NCBI GenBank assembly: GCA_964606485.1
Contig: CAZSGP010000001.1
Location: 33,085-97,084 of the forward strand
Direction: 5' to 3'
Length of the DNA: 64,000 nucleotides
From: an uncultured Planctomycetia bacterium
GTDB lineage: Bacteria > Omnitrophota > Gorgyraeia > 2-02-FULL-51-18
Positions 1-9,416 of the stretch are shown in pieces (within the stretch, counting starts at the first letter, position 1; each line of letters opens with the position of its first letter). The notes under the pieces are model-generated. The model was given only the letters and a program-made list of their open reading frames with translations. It was not told the origin of the DNA and made no database searches. A program made the translations under genes and the position numbers.

Positions 1-261
1 GATGTCTTCCACGAAGGCAATGCTCACGGCCTGCTGGCTGCGGTAAAGCACGTCCCAAAAAATCATCGCACTTAAAAGAAGCGGTATAATTTTAGGAATC
101 GTGTTGTTCGACAGCGTTTGAATGTACACCGACACAAATCCCCACACCAAAAGTTCCATCACCGGCCAGAAAATAATTTCTAAAAAGCGGGGGAGGCTGC
201 GCTTGTGAAGGTAAAGATAACGCGAGATCATTGCGCCGATGCGCGTGATGGATTCGTTCAT
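1..261 (-). CDS. ABC-2 family transporter permease, N-terminal part; the gene runs off the window start
   Basis: My own translation of the minus strand from the ATG at 261..259 (overlapping the upstream ATPase stop as ATGA) gives MNESITRIGAMISRYLYLHKRSLPRFLEIIFWPVMELLVWGFVSVYIQTL... with no stop before position 1. The ABC-2 permease-like N-terminus and its position directly downstream of the ABC ATPase support the call. It is absent from the ORF track because it is open-ended. Confidence 0.75.
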   Translation of the reverse strand, partial: MNESITRIGAMISRYLYLHKRSLPRFLEIIFWPVMELLVWGFVSVYIQTLSNNTIPKIIPLLLSAMIFWDVLYRSQQAVSIAFVEDI

Positions 262-998
262 GAGTCCCCCAGCACCAAATCGCCCTTGCGGACAATTTTA
301 ATAAACACTTCGTCGAGACTTTTACTTTTAAACAACGTTTTCACCTCACCCGGTGTTCCTTCGGCGATGGTTTTTCCTTCGTGAATGAATAAAATCCGGT
401 CGCAGACTTCTTCGACCTCTGGCATATTGTGCGAGGTGTAGAGAATGCCCATATTGTTGCGGCTTTGAATTTTTTTTAAGGTTTTTCGCACGGTGTCAGC
501 CATTTCCGGGTCAAGGCTTGCCGTCGGTTCATCGAGCAGTAAAAGCTCAGGGTCATTCAAGAGACATTTGACGAGCTGAAGCCTTGTTTTTTCGCCGGCC
601 GACAGCGCGCCCGTGATTCTATTTTCTAGATCCGCGATGTCGAATATTTTTAAAAGCGAACCAACTTTTTCTTTGGCGTTTTGCACGCAGTAAAGCTTCG
701 AGAATATTTTTAAATTTTCCGAAACCTTTAAATTCGACGGCAGTTGCACATAAGCCGATGAAAAATTAAGACGTTTGGAAATTTCATGGTGATCTTTGAT
801 GGGGGATTTTCCAAACACCTTTGCTTCGCCCGAAGAAGGGGAGAGAAGTCCCAGTAAAATGTGAATCGCCGTGGTTTTTCCGGCTCCATTGGGCCCAAGC
901 AGTCCCAAAATTTCGCCCGGGTTCAAGGTGAACGAAAGATCGTCGAGCGCTTTGGTGTCCGCGTAGTTCTTTGAAAGCTTTTTGGTTTCAATCAGCAT
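258..998 (-). CDS. ABC transporter ATP-binding protein (ABC-2 / NatA-like exporter ATPase)
   Basis: Walker A GPNGAGKTT, ABC signature LSAGEKTRL and Walker B LLLDEPT are all present. Length is 246 aa. Confidence 0.93.
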   Translation of the reverse strand: MLIETKKLSKNYADTKALDDLSFTLNPGEILGLLGPNGAGKTTAIHILLGLLSPSSGEAKVFGKSPIKDHHEISKRLNFSSAYVQLPSNLKVSENLKIFSKLYCVQNAKEKVGSLLKIFDIADLENRITGALSAGEKTRLQLVKCLLNDPELLLLDEPTASLDPEMADTVRKTLKKIQSRNNMGILYTSHNMPEVEEVCDRILFIHEGKTIAEGTPGEVKTLFKSKSLDEVFIKIVRKGDLVLGDS

Positions 999-1039
999 TG
1001 TTGTATAATCTCCCCATTAAATTAGCACAGGGAGATGGC

Positions 1040-1474
1040 ATGAAAAAGCAATACTTTGTCTATTCGTTTGTTTTCATTTTCACAATTTTACTTTTAAACG
1101 GCTGTGCAACGGCGCCTAAAAAAACAGCCGGACCGAGCCATGAAGAACAAGTGGCTCAACTTCAAAATGAAGTGCAGGCTAAAGATCAGCAGATTCAGGA
1201 ATTGCAGTATCAGCTTCAAAACACTCAAGCGCCGATGGTTTCCGGAAATTCCAACTACTCCAAATCAAGCCGCTCCAGCAAATTTATTAAAGCGTCCGGC
1301 GTTTCCGTGTTGGATGTCCAAAGGGCCTTAGAGAGAGCCGGTTTTGATCCAGGACCCGCAGACGGTCAAATGGGCAAAAAAACCAAATCCGCTATCAAAG
1401 CGTTTCAGCGAAAGAATAATTTGAAAGCCGACGGCGTCGTGGGCGAACGCACCTGGTCCGCCTTGAAGGGCTAG
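1040..1474 (+). CDS. lipoprotein with coiled-coil/Gln-rich linker and C-terminal peptidoglycan-binding (PG_binding_1-like) domain
   Basis: A signal peptide and lipobox (ILLLNGC) follow the internal Met at 1040, which is preceded by GGAGA. The C-terminus LDVQRALERAGFDPGPADGQMGKKTKSAIKAFQRKNNLKADGVVGERTWSAL matches the PG-binding repeat. The 971 start in the ORF track lacks a signal peptide. Confidence 0.8.
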   Translation: MKKQYFVYSFVFIFTILLLNGCATAPKKTAGPSHEEQVAQLQNEVQAKDQQIQELQYQLQNTQAPMVSGNSNYSKSSRSSKFIKASGVSVLDVQRALERAGFDPGPADGQMGKKTKSAIKAFQRKNNLKADGVVGERTWSALKG

Positions 1475-1475
1475 C

Positions 1476-1808
1476 ATGTTTATTCACATGGTGCTTTTTA
1501 AAATTAAAAAGCAGCATGTCTCGGTTTACCGGCGTGATTGCAAGCTCTGGTCGAAGGAAGTCACAAAGGCTCCGGGTTTTTTGGGGGTTCACACGCTTTT
1601 TCGCACAAATGAAAAAGACCAGGTTGCCTCTCTTTATATGTGGAAGAACGAAAACGCTCATAACCGTTTTATGAGCAAACACCACGACCGGCTGGTCTCT
1701 CTGTCAAAATGCCCGGTTTCGGTGTTAGGGTATTTTAATTTCGAAACCTCCGAGCAGCGCGCGCTAAAATCAGTCGGAGAATTCTGGCGGTCCCGGAAAT
1801 CTAACTAA
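1476..1808 (+). CDS. small conserved hypothetical protein (possible ABM/ferredoxin-like fold)
   Basis: A 110-aa ORF is tightly packed between neighbouring genes. Weak resemblance to antibiotic-biosynthesis-monooxygenase-like proteins (WKNENAHNRFMSKHHD). The functional call is uncertain. Confidence 0.5.
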   Translation: MFIHMVLFKIKKQHVSVYRRDCKLWSKEVTKAPGFLGVHTLFRTNEKDQVASLYMWKNENAHNRFMSKHHDRLVSLSKCPVSVLGYFNFETSEQRALKSVGEFWRSRKSN

Positions 1809-3190
1809 TGGAACAAATGCATTCTCTCGCGCTCTTAATTCCCGAAATTAAAGAGCTTTTAAAAGAGAAAAACTTTACGCTCGTGCGGCAAGTCATCCGC
1901 GAATGCGTGCCAATTGAGCTTGCCGACTGCTGGAAAAAATTTGAAGAGGACGAGCGTCTCCAGCTTTTCAAATTACTTCCTGCAGCGAGCGCACTCCGCC
2001 TTTTTGAAGTGCTCGAGATGGACGATCAGCGAGCACTTTTGGGGCGTTTGAATGACGAAAACGTAACCCCGCTTCTTGAAGGCATGTCCTCGCCGGATCT
2101 GGCCAAAATTTTTCACAAGATGAATCCGCGCTTTGTCAAAAAAATGACAAGTCTCATCAAACGCCAAGAAGCGCTCGCGCATATTGATCTGGTCATGAAA
2201 TACCCCGAGCACACGGTTGGAAATTTGATGCACCCGGAGTACGTAAAGCTCTCTCCAAAGCTCACCGCCAAACAAGCGTTGCTCGTCATGCAAGCCGTCG
2301 CGCGTCCGAATCAAAAAGAACATTTGTACGAGCTTTATGTCACCGACGAAGAGGGGAAAGTGCTCGGAAGTTTGAGCCTGCAGGATTTGGTGAGTGCCCC
2401 CGAAGATGAAAAGCTCGTGAAGATTATGTCCTCGGTGGAAGGCATTAAAATTCGTCCCGAAACCGACCAAGAAGAAGCCACGAAGATTTTTTCCAAATAC
2501 AATTTAAGCTCCGCACCCGTGATCGATGAATCTGGAAAAATGATGGGTGTTTTGACGACCAAGGACATGATCTCCATTGTTCGCCAGGAAGCCACCGAAG
2601 ACATCGCAAAAATGGCCGGTACCCGCGCCAAAGACTTGCGCGAAGAGTCCTCCTTTAAAATCGTGTTCTTTCGTATGCCGTGGCTTGTTGTAACGCTTTT
2701 GGGCGGTATGTTTATTTCAGTGATTATCCGCCACTTCGAACCGATTTTGGCCAAAGCCGTAGCACTCGCTGCTTTTTCTCCGCTCATCGCCGGTATGGGT
2801 GGAAACGTCGGGTCGCAGTCGGCAACGATTATGGTGCGAAGTCTGGCGCTGGGACATCTCAACGAACGAGCCGATCAATTTAAAGCAATTTTCCGCGAAT
2901 TCAGAGTCGGGGTGATGCTGGGTGGGATTTATGGCGTCGCACTTGCAGGCTTTGCTTATTTAGTTTACGGACATCAATATGGTTACCAGTTCGGCATCGT
3001 GGTCGCGGTTGGAATGGGAACGTCCATGACGGTTGCCGCGACAATGGGAGCCGTTGAGCCCATTATTTTTCATCGTCTTGGCATTGACCCGGCGACCGCC
3101 ACCGGTCCGCTCATCACCACCATCACCGACATTATCTCTAACTTCACGTATTTTTCGCTCGCCACCGCACTCTTAATGCACCTTTTGTAA
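1808..3190 (+). CDS. mgtE: magnesium transporter MgtE
   Basis: The MgtE N-domain, tandem CBS region and C-terminal membrane domain with the GGNVGSQSATIMVRSLALG motif are all present. Length is 460 aa. Confidence 0.93.
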   Translation: MEQMHSLALLIPEIKELLKEKNFTLVRQVIRECVPIELADCWKKFEEDERLQLFKLLPAASALRLFEVLEMDDQRALLGRLNDENVTPLLEGMSSPDLAKIFHKMNPRFVKKMTSLIKRQEALAHIDLVMKYPEHTVGNLMHPEYVKLSPKLTAKQALLVMQAVARPNQKEHLYELYVTDEEGKVLGSLSLQDLVSAPEDEKLVKIMSSVEGIKIRPETDQEEATKIFSKYNLSSAPVIDESGKMMGVLTTKDMISIVRQEATEDIAKMAGTRAKDLREESSFKIVFFRMPWLVVTLLGGMFISVIIRHFEPILAKAVALAAFSPLIAGMGGNVGSQSATIMVRSLALGHLNERADQFKAIFREFRVGVMLGGIYGVALAGFAYLVYGHQYGYQFGIVVAVGMGTSMTVAATMGAVEPIIFHRLGIDPATATGPLITTITDIISNFTYFSLATALLMHLL

Positions 3191-3191
3191 G

Positions 3192-3647
3192 ATGCCGCAC
3201 ATCCACGAGCTTTACGATTTTGTGGTTTCCGTTTTCATCGTCTACCAAAAAAAAGTGCTGCTCATTTATCACAAAAGCTACAACGAGTGGCTCCCTATCG
3301 GCGGACACATTGAACTCAATGAAGATCCGGAAGAAGCGCTGTACCGGGAAATTCAAGAAGAGTGCGGCCTGAAAGTAAAAATTCTGTCAAAAGCGCCGCC
3401 CATTGCACACCGGCACGTGAAACCAATTCCGACCCCGGATTATGTGGACGCGCACCGCATCAGCGCCTCGCACAAACACGTCGCATTTGTTTATTTTGGA
3501 ACGTCGAAATCCGATCAAGTGAAATTGCACACCCGCGAGCATCGCGAGTTTGCATGGGTTTCCAAAAAAGAGCTGAAGAATCCAAAATACAAACTCACGA
3601 AGTCCATTTTGTTTTACTGCGAGAAGGCGCTCGAGCGATGCGCATAA
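3192..3647 (+). CDS. Nudix hydrolase
   Basis: Canonical Nudix box GGHIELNEDPEEALYREIQEECGL (G-x5-E-x7-REUxEExGU). Confidence 0.9.
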   Translation: MPHIHELYDFVVSVFIVYQKKVLLIYHKSYNEWLPIGGHIELNEDPEEALYREIQEECGLKVKILSKAPPIAHRHVKPIPTPDYVDAHRISASHKHVAFVYFGTSKSDQVKLHTREHREFAWVSKKELKNPKYKLTKSILFYCEKALERCA

Positions 3648-4132
3648 CTGTCATTGCATTGGGTATTTTCATGTTTTTGTCGGCACCGCTTTTTGCCGAG
3701 CAAATCCTCATCGGCCCGGATTTAGATGGCATGATCGACATTAAAGAAGGTTCTAGTTTTACCGTGCTTTCCAAAAGCCCTCAAAAAATTTCGCTCCAGC
3801 AGGGTGAGTTGATGATGGTGCAGGAAGGTCAGGGAGCGCCCCCCATCCAAATTCTTACACCCTCCGGTCTCGTGGAGCTCGGTTCCGGCGGAGCCATGAT
3901 TCAAGCAGGTTCAAGCGGCACTTCTGTGCGCGTGTTCGGAGACCGAGTCAAATTCGGAAACAAAACCGTGACTGAAGGATTTGCCTACACACAGCCTGCT
4001 AAAAAAGGGAAGTCTGCGCTCACGCGTCTTGAGTTTCGCGATTACGAAAAATGGACGGTCTGGATCCGCAAATGGTACGAAAAAAAAGACGATTTTATTT
4101 ATGAGCGCGTTGAAAAGGAGATGGACTGGTGA
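3638..4132 (+). CDS. exported hypothetical protein
   Basis: An internal Met (MRITVIALGIFMFLSAPLFAEQ) gives a clean signal peptide. The longer 3362 start in the ORF track overlaps the Nudix gene in another frame and is low-complexity. Confidence 0.6.
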   Translation: MRITVIALGIFMFLSAPLFAEQILIGPDLDGMIDIKEGSSFTVLSKSPQKISLQQGELMMVQEGQGAPPIQILTPSGLVELGSGGAMIQAGSSGTSVRVFGDRVKFGNKTVTEGFAYTQPAKKGKSALTRLEFRDYEKWTVWIRKWYEKKDDFIYERVEKEMDW

Positions 4133-5064
4133 TCGCAACGATTACGCTTAATCCTTCAATAGATCAGTACCTGGTTGTGCCCGACTTGCACAAAGACGAC
4201 ACCAATCGCGCGAGCTCCGTCGTGAATTTTGCCGGCGGAAAAGGCGCCAATGTTTCGAAAGTCGTGCGCGAACTGGGTGGCCTCACTCACGCTTACGCGC
4301 TGCTCGGAGGTTTTGTGGGTGAATTTTGGAAGCAGTTGATCGTCTCGCTCGACATTCCATTTACGGCGTCGTGCGTCAAAGGCGAAACGCGCATCAACAC
4401 CATTCTGACAGATGTGAAAGATAAAACACAGACGCGCGTGAGTGCGCCGGGACCACACGTCACTCAAAAAGAAATCCAAATTTTTTTAAAAAGCCTTTTA
4501 AGCATCAAAAGAAAACCGTTTGCCTGGGCGCTCGGAGGAAGTCTTGCCAAAGGAATGCCGGAAGATACGTACCGGAATTTTGTGGCGCATCTTCAGAAAC
4601 AGGGCGTTTATAGCGTGCTCGACACCGACGGCCCCGCACTTAAAATCGGACTGAAGGCCAAGCCGTTTATGATCAAGCCCAATGAACATGAACTTGAACG
4701 CCTCATGGGTCATTCATTTAAAAATACAAGCCAGTATCTAAAGGCTGGTCGTGCGCTCGTCGAGAGCGGCGTTTCCATCGCGGTGATTTCGCTCGCCGCA
4801 AAGGGCGCTTTGTTTATTACGAAGCACAAAGCGTTTCACGTGTCGACGCCAAAGGTTGAAGTTAAAAGTAAGGTAGGGGCGGGCGATTCATTGATCGGCG
4901 GCTTCCTTCTTGGCCTCTCCCGAAACAAATCTCTCGAAGAATCCGCCCGGCTCGGGGTCGCCGCTTCCACTAGTGCCGTGATGCGCGAAGCGCCACGGCT
5001 TTGTGTCAAAGCAGACATCCCCAAACTCCTCTCCAAAATAAAGATCAGCTCGTTTCCAGCCTGA
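4129..5064 (+). CDS. PfkB-family carbohydrate kinase (1-phosphofructokinase / tagatose-6-P kinase-like)
   Basis: N-terminus MIATITLNPSIDQ, GGKGANVS, and the C-terminal VGAGDSLIGG anion hole typical of the FruK/PfkB ribokinase superfamily. Confidence 0.82.
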   Translation: MIATITLNPSIDQYLVVPDLHKDDTNRASSVVNFAGGKGANVSKVVRELGGLTHAYALLGGFVGEFWKQLIVSLDIPFTASCVKGETRINTILTDVKDKTQTRVSAPGPHVTQKEIQIFLKSLLSIKRKPFAWALGGSLAKGMPEDTYRNFVAHLQKQGVYSVLDTDGPALKIGLKAKPFMIKPNEHELERLMGHSFKNTSQYLKAGRALVESGVSIAVISLAAKGALFITKHKAFHVSTPKVEVKSKVGAGDSLIGGFLLGLSRNKSLEESARLGVAASTSAVMREAPRLCVKADIPKLLSKIKISSFPA

Positions 5065-5119
5065 TTGCAGACGACTCTCAACTAGAGTATAATAGCCTCT
5101 CTTTAAGGAGGAGTGCGCA

Positions 5120-5668
5120 ATGCATCACGAAGAATGTTGTGAAGAAAGAACGTTACAAATCGGCCAAAAGGCCCCTGATTTTGCGGCACAGGCACTTATG
5201 CCGGACGGAAGCTTTAAAGAAGTAAAGCTTTCCGATTATAAGGGGAAGTGGGTCGTTCTATTTTTCTATCCTCTCGATTTCACGTTTGTTTGCCCGACGG
5301 AAATTAAGAGTTTCAATCAGCACCTCGATCAGTTTAAGAAATTAAACGTCGAAATCTTGGGTGCCAGCACCGACAGCGTGTATTCTCACAAGGCTTGGTC
5401 CGAAAAAGAATTGGGCAAAATTAATTTCCCGATCTTGGGCGACACCAATCACTCGGTCTCCAGAGGATTCAACGTTCTCTTGGAAGATAAAGGAATTGCG
5501 CTTCGTGGAACGTTTATCATTGATGCCAATGGCGTATTAAAATCCGCCGTCGTCAACGATCTTCCCGTTGGCCGCAGTGTCGATGAGACGCTTCGCACCG
5601 TGCAAGCCCTTCAGACCGGTAAACTTACCGGTTGCGAGTGGAAGCCCGGCGAAAAGACGCTGAATTAA
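5120..5668 (+). CDS. peroxiredoxin (AhpC/TSA family, 2-Cys type)
   Basis: FTFVCPTEI peroxidatic Cys motif and LQIGQKAPDF N-terminus. An AGGAGG-like RBS (aaggagg) lies upstream. Confidence 0.92.
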   Translation: MHHEECCEERTLQIGQKAPDFAAQALMPDGSFKEVKLSDYKGKWVVLFFYPLDFTFVCPTEIKSFNQHLDQFKKLNVEILGASTDSVYSHKAWSEKELGKINFPILGDTNHSVSRGFNVLLEDKGIALRGTFIIDANGVLKSAVVNDLPVGRSVDETLRTVQALQTGKLTGCEWKPGEKTLN

Positions 5669-5680
5669 AATTATCTCAAC

Positions 5681-5777
5681 TACGCGACGGGTCCTGCCGG
5701 CGGTTGTCCGTTCGAAAGCCACCTTCGGTGTTTTCGATACGGACGCCTACCGCCGTCACCCGTCGCGTAATTTTTTA
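5681..5777 (+). terminator. large GC-rich stem-loop with T-run after the peroxiredoxin gene (complex rho-independent terminator or structured RNA)
   Basis: The 12-bp perfect outer inverted repeat TACGCGACGGGT ... ACCCGTCGCGTA encloses additional internal pairing (GGCGG/CCGCC, GTCCG/CGGAC). It is followed by ATTTTTT. Confidence 0.6.
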
Positions 5778-5815
5778 AACCCCCACATGTCAGCGCCGTC
5801 TCTTGGTGTGAACAA

Positions 5816-7141
5816 GTGAATAAAAAATCTCTCGCTCTTCAAATTGTCCAAACGCTCCGCAAAAATAATTACGAAGCTTATTTTGTCGGTGGTTGTGTCC
5901 GTGATCTGCTTCTCAAAAAGAATCCCAAAGATTTTGATGTGGCGACGAATGCCACGCCGAAGCAAGTTCAGAAACTCTTTCCTAAAACCGTAGCGGTGGG
6001 CGCTCAATTTGGCGTCGTCGTCGTGATGATCGAGGGCCAATCCTTTGAAGTGGCAACCTTCCGTGCGGACGGAGGCTATCAGGACGGCCGGCGTCCGACA
6101 TCGGTAGAATTCACAAACGCTAAAGAAGATGCGGTGCGCCGCGATTTTACGGTGAACGGCCTTTTTTACGATCCGGTCTCCAGAAAAGTTTTTGATTGGG
6201 TCGATGGGCAGAAGGATTTAAAAAAGCGCGTGATTCGAGCGATCGGCGATCCGATAAGACGCTTCAACGAAGACAAGCTCCGCATGCTGCGCGCCGTGCG
6301 ATTTGCGAGTGTCCTGAATTTCAAAATAGAACCTAAAACATTTTCGGCCATTCAAAAGCTCCACAAAGAAATTCACGCCGTGAGTGCCGAGCGCATTCGC
6401 GAGGAACTCGTGAAAATGTTTACCGGCCCAAATCCTGCTGGCGCCATGGAGCTTTTGGACAAATCTGGTCTTCTCAAAGAAATTTTACCGGAAGTCGAGC
6501 GCATGAAAGGCGTCGAACAACCCAAGCAGTTTCACCCGGAAGGTGATGTGTTCAAGCACACCAAACTTTTGCTAAAACAGTTGAAGAATCCGGACGTGGT
6601 CTTAGCATTTGGCGCGCTTCTGCACGACGTCGGAAAGCCGCCGACGTTTAGGCGCGCGGACCGCATTCGTTTTAACGGCCACGAAAACGTCGGCGCGCGC
6701 ATGACTGAGAAAATTTTGGAACGCCTGCGCTTTTCGAATGATCTAAAGGAAAAAATCACCGCCTGCGTTGAAGGGCATATGCGTTTTAAAGACGTAAAAC
6801 AGATGCGCGAGAGCACACTTAAGAAATTTATGCAGCGCGAAACCTTTGATACGGAGCTTGAGCAGCACCGCATCGATTGCCTGGCAAGTCATGGCGACTT
6901 GACAAACTGGCGCTTCTTAAAGAGAATCAGGAAATCACTTGGGCAAAAAGACATTAAGCCCGATCCGCTCATCAGCGGGAGTGACTTGATTGCGATGGGG
7001 CTTAAGCCTGGGCCGGTGTTTGGAGAAATTTTAAAGGCCGTCGAAATTCAACAGCTTGAAAGAAAAGTTTCTACTAAAGAAGAAGCATTGAGTTGGGTGA
7101 AACAAAATAGTCCACGGAGACCAAATGAACAATCTAAATGA
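5816..7141 (+). CDS. cca: CCA tRNA nucleotidyltransferase with HD domain
   Basis: GGCVRDLLL plus DFD nucleotidyltransferase motifs, a poly(A) polymerase head domain, and a C-terminal HD domain (HDVGK). Length is 441 aa. Confidence 0.88.
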   Translation: MNKKSLALQIVQTLRKNNYEAYFVGGCVRDLLLKKNPKDFDVATNATPKQVQKLFPKTVAVGAQFGVVVVMIEGQSFEVATFRADGGYQDGRRPTSVEFTNAKEDAVRRDFTVNGLFYDPVSRKVFDWVDGQKDLKKRVIRAIGDPIRRFNEDKLRMLRAVRFASVLNFKIEPKTFSAIQKLHKEIHAVSAERIREELVKMFTGPNPAGAMELLDKSGLLKEILPEVERMKGVEQPKQFHPEGDVFKHTKLLLKQLKNPDVVLAFGALLHDVGKPPTFRRADRIRFNGHENVGARMTEKILERLRFSNDLKEKITACVEGHMRFKDVKQMRESTLKKFMQRETFDTELEQHRIDCLASHGDLTNWRFLKRIRKSLGQKDIKPDPLISGSDLIAMGLKPGPVFGEILKAVEIQQLERKVSTKEEALSWVKQNSPRRPNEQSK

Positions 7142-7757
7142 TCTGTCCTTATTCGAACTTTTAAAAACCGGCGGCGCGACCGTTGTGATTTTGCTGCTCT
7201 GCTCGGTGGTGTCTCTGGCAATTGCGCTCGAGCGCTTTTTTTATTATCTCAAGCGCTCAAAGACAAAACTGGAAGATTTTATGCCTCGCGTCAAAGAAGC
7301 GTTGAAAGACAAAGACACTCAACGCGCCCTTCAAATTTGCGTGATGTCAGAAGCGCCCTTTTCCAAGGTGGCTCAAAAGGGAATAGCACAGTGGGGTCAT
7401 AGCGAAACAACTGTCTCGAACGCCATGGAGCGCGAGATTGCGCTCGAAACAAGCAAGCTGCAGCGCGGCATTGGCATTAACGGAACGATTGGCAGTGTGG
7501 CGGTGTACATCGGTCTCTTTGGAACGGTGCTCGGCATCATCCGCGCGTTTCATGATATCTCACAAAAAAGCTCAGGCGGTATGAACGTCGTCATCAACGG
7601 CATCTCAGAAGCGCTCATTTGCACCGCGGTGGGTCTTGTGGTCGCCGTGCCGGCCGTTATTTTTTATAATTATTTTATCAAGCGAATCGATAGCTTCGTA
7701 CTCGACATGGAGCTCTGCGCCTCCGAAATTTTGGACCTCTCTAGAGACTCAAAATGA
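7125..7757 (+). CDS. MotA/TolQ/ExbB-family proton channel
   Basis: Three transmembrane segments, the MotA_ExbB family signature region, and translational coupling with the downstream ExbD. Confidence 0.85.
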   Translation: MNNLNDLSLFELLKTGGATVVILLLCSVVSLAIALERFFYYLKRSKTKLEDFMPRVKEALKDKDTQRALQICVMSEAPFSKVAQKGIAQWGHSETTVSNAMEREIALETSKLQRGIGINGTIGSVAVYIGLFGTVLGIIRAFHDISQKSSGGMNVVINGISEALICTAVGLVVAVPAVIFYNYFIKRIDSFVLDMELCASEILDLSRDSK

Positions 7758-8176
7758 AGCGGCAAAAAATCCGTAAAGAGCCCATCTCTGAAATCAACAT
7801 CACGCCTTTTACGGACGTTATTTTAGTCATCCTTGTTATTTTTATGATCGCGACTCCCTTGCTCTCCCAGCAGGGCGCGGAGTCCAAGATCGAAGTGCGA
7901 CTGCCGCAGGGTTCTGCAGAGACCACCCAGTCCAAGGCGGACGCGCCGCTTGTGGTCTCTGTGAACGCCGGAAATGAAGTTTATATCGACAAAGTCCGCG
8001 TTCCCGTTGAAAATTTAAAGAAAGAACTTGCTGCGCGCTACAAAATTTCCAAATTCTCCGGAATTCTCGTGCGAGCCGACAAAACCGCCGCTGTAAATGC
8101 CCTCGTGAAAGTTCTAGACTCCGCCAAACAAGCCGGCATTCAGAAGCTCGGCGTGGCCATCGAGCAGGGCAAGTAA
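7754..8176 (+). CDS. ExbD/TolR biopolymer transport protein
   Basis: N-terminal TM helix (EINITPFTDVILVILVIFM) followed by a periplasmic domain. Length is 140 aa. Confidence 0.85.
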   Translation: MKRQKIRKEPISEINITPFTDVILVILVIFMIATPLLSQQGAESKIEVRLPQGSAETTQSKADAPLVVSVNAGNEVYIDKVRVPVENLKKELAARYKISKFSGILVRADKTAAVNALVKVLDSAKQAGIQKLGVAIEQGK

Positions 8177-8232
8177 GATCCCTCGTTTCGCTCAGGATCA
8201 CAATCAACGATTGTCAATTTTGTTAAAAAGAG

Positions 8233-8262
8233 TTGAAATCTTATAAGAAATTGTGGTAGGAT
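8233..8262 (+). promoter_or_regulatory. candidate sigma70-type promoter for the HTH gene
   Basis: TTGAAA, an 18-nt spacer, then TAGGAT. It is followed by the RBS gaaaggaag and the ATG at 8290. Confidence 0.4.
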
Positions 8263-8289
8263 ACTTCCATTGAGAAAGGAAGTAAAATC

Positions 8290-8505
8290 ATGACAGACGA
8301 GAAAAGACCACAACGCACGCAGATTATGACGCTCAAGGAAGTAGCGAAGTATTTGGGCGTTCATTCGATGACTGTGTACCGCTTGCTCAAAGAGAAAAAA
8401 CTCCCCGGATTTAAAGTGGGCGGGCAGTGGCGCACCAAGAAAGAAGTTTTAGACAATTATCTCCTGAAAGAAATCGACAAGAGCTCCGAAGGAAAGAAAA
8501 AATAA
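8290..8505 (+). CDS. excisionase-family helix-turn-helix DNA-binding protein (paralog 1)
   Basis: MTLKEVAKYLGVHSMTVYRLLKEKKLPGFKVGGQWRTKKEVLDNYL matches the excisionase/MerR-like HTH. About 69% identical to the ORF at 16528. Confidence 0.85.
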   Translation: MTDEKRPQRTQIMTLKEVAKYLGVHSMTVYRLLKEKKLPGFKVGGQWRTKKEVLDNYLLKEIDKSSEGKKK

Positions 8506-9410
8506 AAGCTTCTTTAGTTGACGGTCGCGAGCGCGGCCGTAAGATTGCGCAAGTTCTTTGGATAACGCTAGTTTTAAACTGGGCGGTTTCCCTCGGGAAA
8601 ATCGTTTTCGGTTTTATGACGAGCTGTATGGTGATTGTTGCGGATGGATTCCATTCCTTTGCAGATGGAACCTCCAATATCGTTGGGCTTGTGGCGGTGC
8701 ATATCGCCCAGCATCCCGCCGATGACGATCATCCCTACGGGCACCATAAGTTCGAAACATTTGCATCCGTTTTAATTTCGCTCTTTCTATTTGTGCTGGC
8801 TTTCGAAGTATTTCGCAAGGCGATCGAAGGATTTTTTAGCCCCATGGTCCCGCAGATTAGCCGAGCAAGCTTCGGGGTGATGATCGTAACGCTCGCCGTG
8901 AATCTCTTCGTGGCTTTTTACGAGCGCCGGCAGGGTCAGAAGCTAAAAAGTGATTTTTTGGTTAGCGATTCTTGGCACACGATGACGGATATATTTTTGA
9001 CGCTCGGCGTGCTAGCCGCACTTGTCGGGATTCAGCGCGGCATTCCGCATTTGGATTCAGTGGTTTCGATTGCGATCGCCATATTTATTGTCTTAGCGGC
9101 CATTAATATTTTGAGGCGTGGTTTGGACGTTCTGGTGGACAAAGCAGTTATCGATCCCAAAAAAATCGAGATGATTGCAAGAGGTGTGGCGGGCGTCCAG
9201 GACTGTCACGAAATTCGTACACGAGGCAACGCGCATAATATTTATGTGGATTTGCACGTTTTGGTGGATGGGCATATGAGTGTTCTTGCCTCACACGGCC
9301 TTGCAAACCAAGTTGAGAGTCGAATTCGCAAAGAGATTGAAGGGGTCGGAGACGTAATGGTTCACGTGGAACCAGTCTCACATGACCATAAAGAAGTAGA
9401 AGGGTCGTAG
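8427..9410 (+). CDS. cation diffusion facilitator (CDF) family metal efflux transporter; start codon uncertain
   Basis: TM helices with the HSFADG metal site motif and a C-terminal cytoplasmic domain (HEIRTRGNAHNIYVDLHVLVD). The only in-frame ATG upstream of TM1 (8427) overlaps the HTH gene by 79 nt. The true start may be non-canonical. Confidence 0.85.
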   Translation: MAHQERSFRQLSPERNRQELRRKEKIKASLVDGRERGRKIAQVLWITLVLNWAVSLGKIVFGFMTSCMVIVADGFHSFADGTSNIVGLVAVHIAQHPADDDHPYGHHKFETFASVLISLFLFVLAFEVFRKAIEGFFSPMVPQISRASFGVMIVTLAVNLFVAFYERRQGQKLKSDFLVSDSWHTMTDIFLTLGVLAALVGIQRGIPHLDSVVSIAIAIFIVLAAINILRRGLDVLVDKAVIDPKKIEMIARGVAGVQDCHEIRTRGNAHNIYVDLHVLVDGHMSVLASHGLANQVESRIRKEIEGVGDVMVHVEPVSHDHKEVEGS

Positions 9411-9416
9411 GAGCAC

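Noticed and set aside
1104-1331. 75-aa ORF in an alternative frame inside the PG-binding lipoprotein gene
   Set aside because: It lies fully inside a well-supported gene in another frame, and its product is basic and low-complexity with no features.
1973-2862. Two minus-strand ORFs (165 and 175 aa) antisense to mgtE
   Set aside because: They overlap a confidently identified gene and have no motifs. They are typical antisense shadow ORFs.
3362-3637. Long N-terminal extension of the ORF at 3362 overlapping the Nudix gene
   Set aside because: The overlapping part is Arg/Pro-rich low-complexity sequence in a different frame from the Nudix gene. The internal Met at 3638 gives a clean signal peptide.
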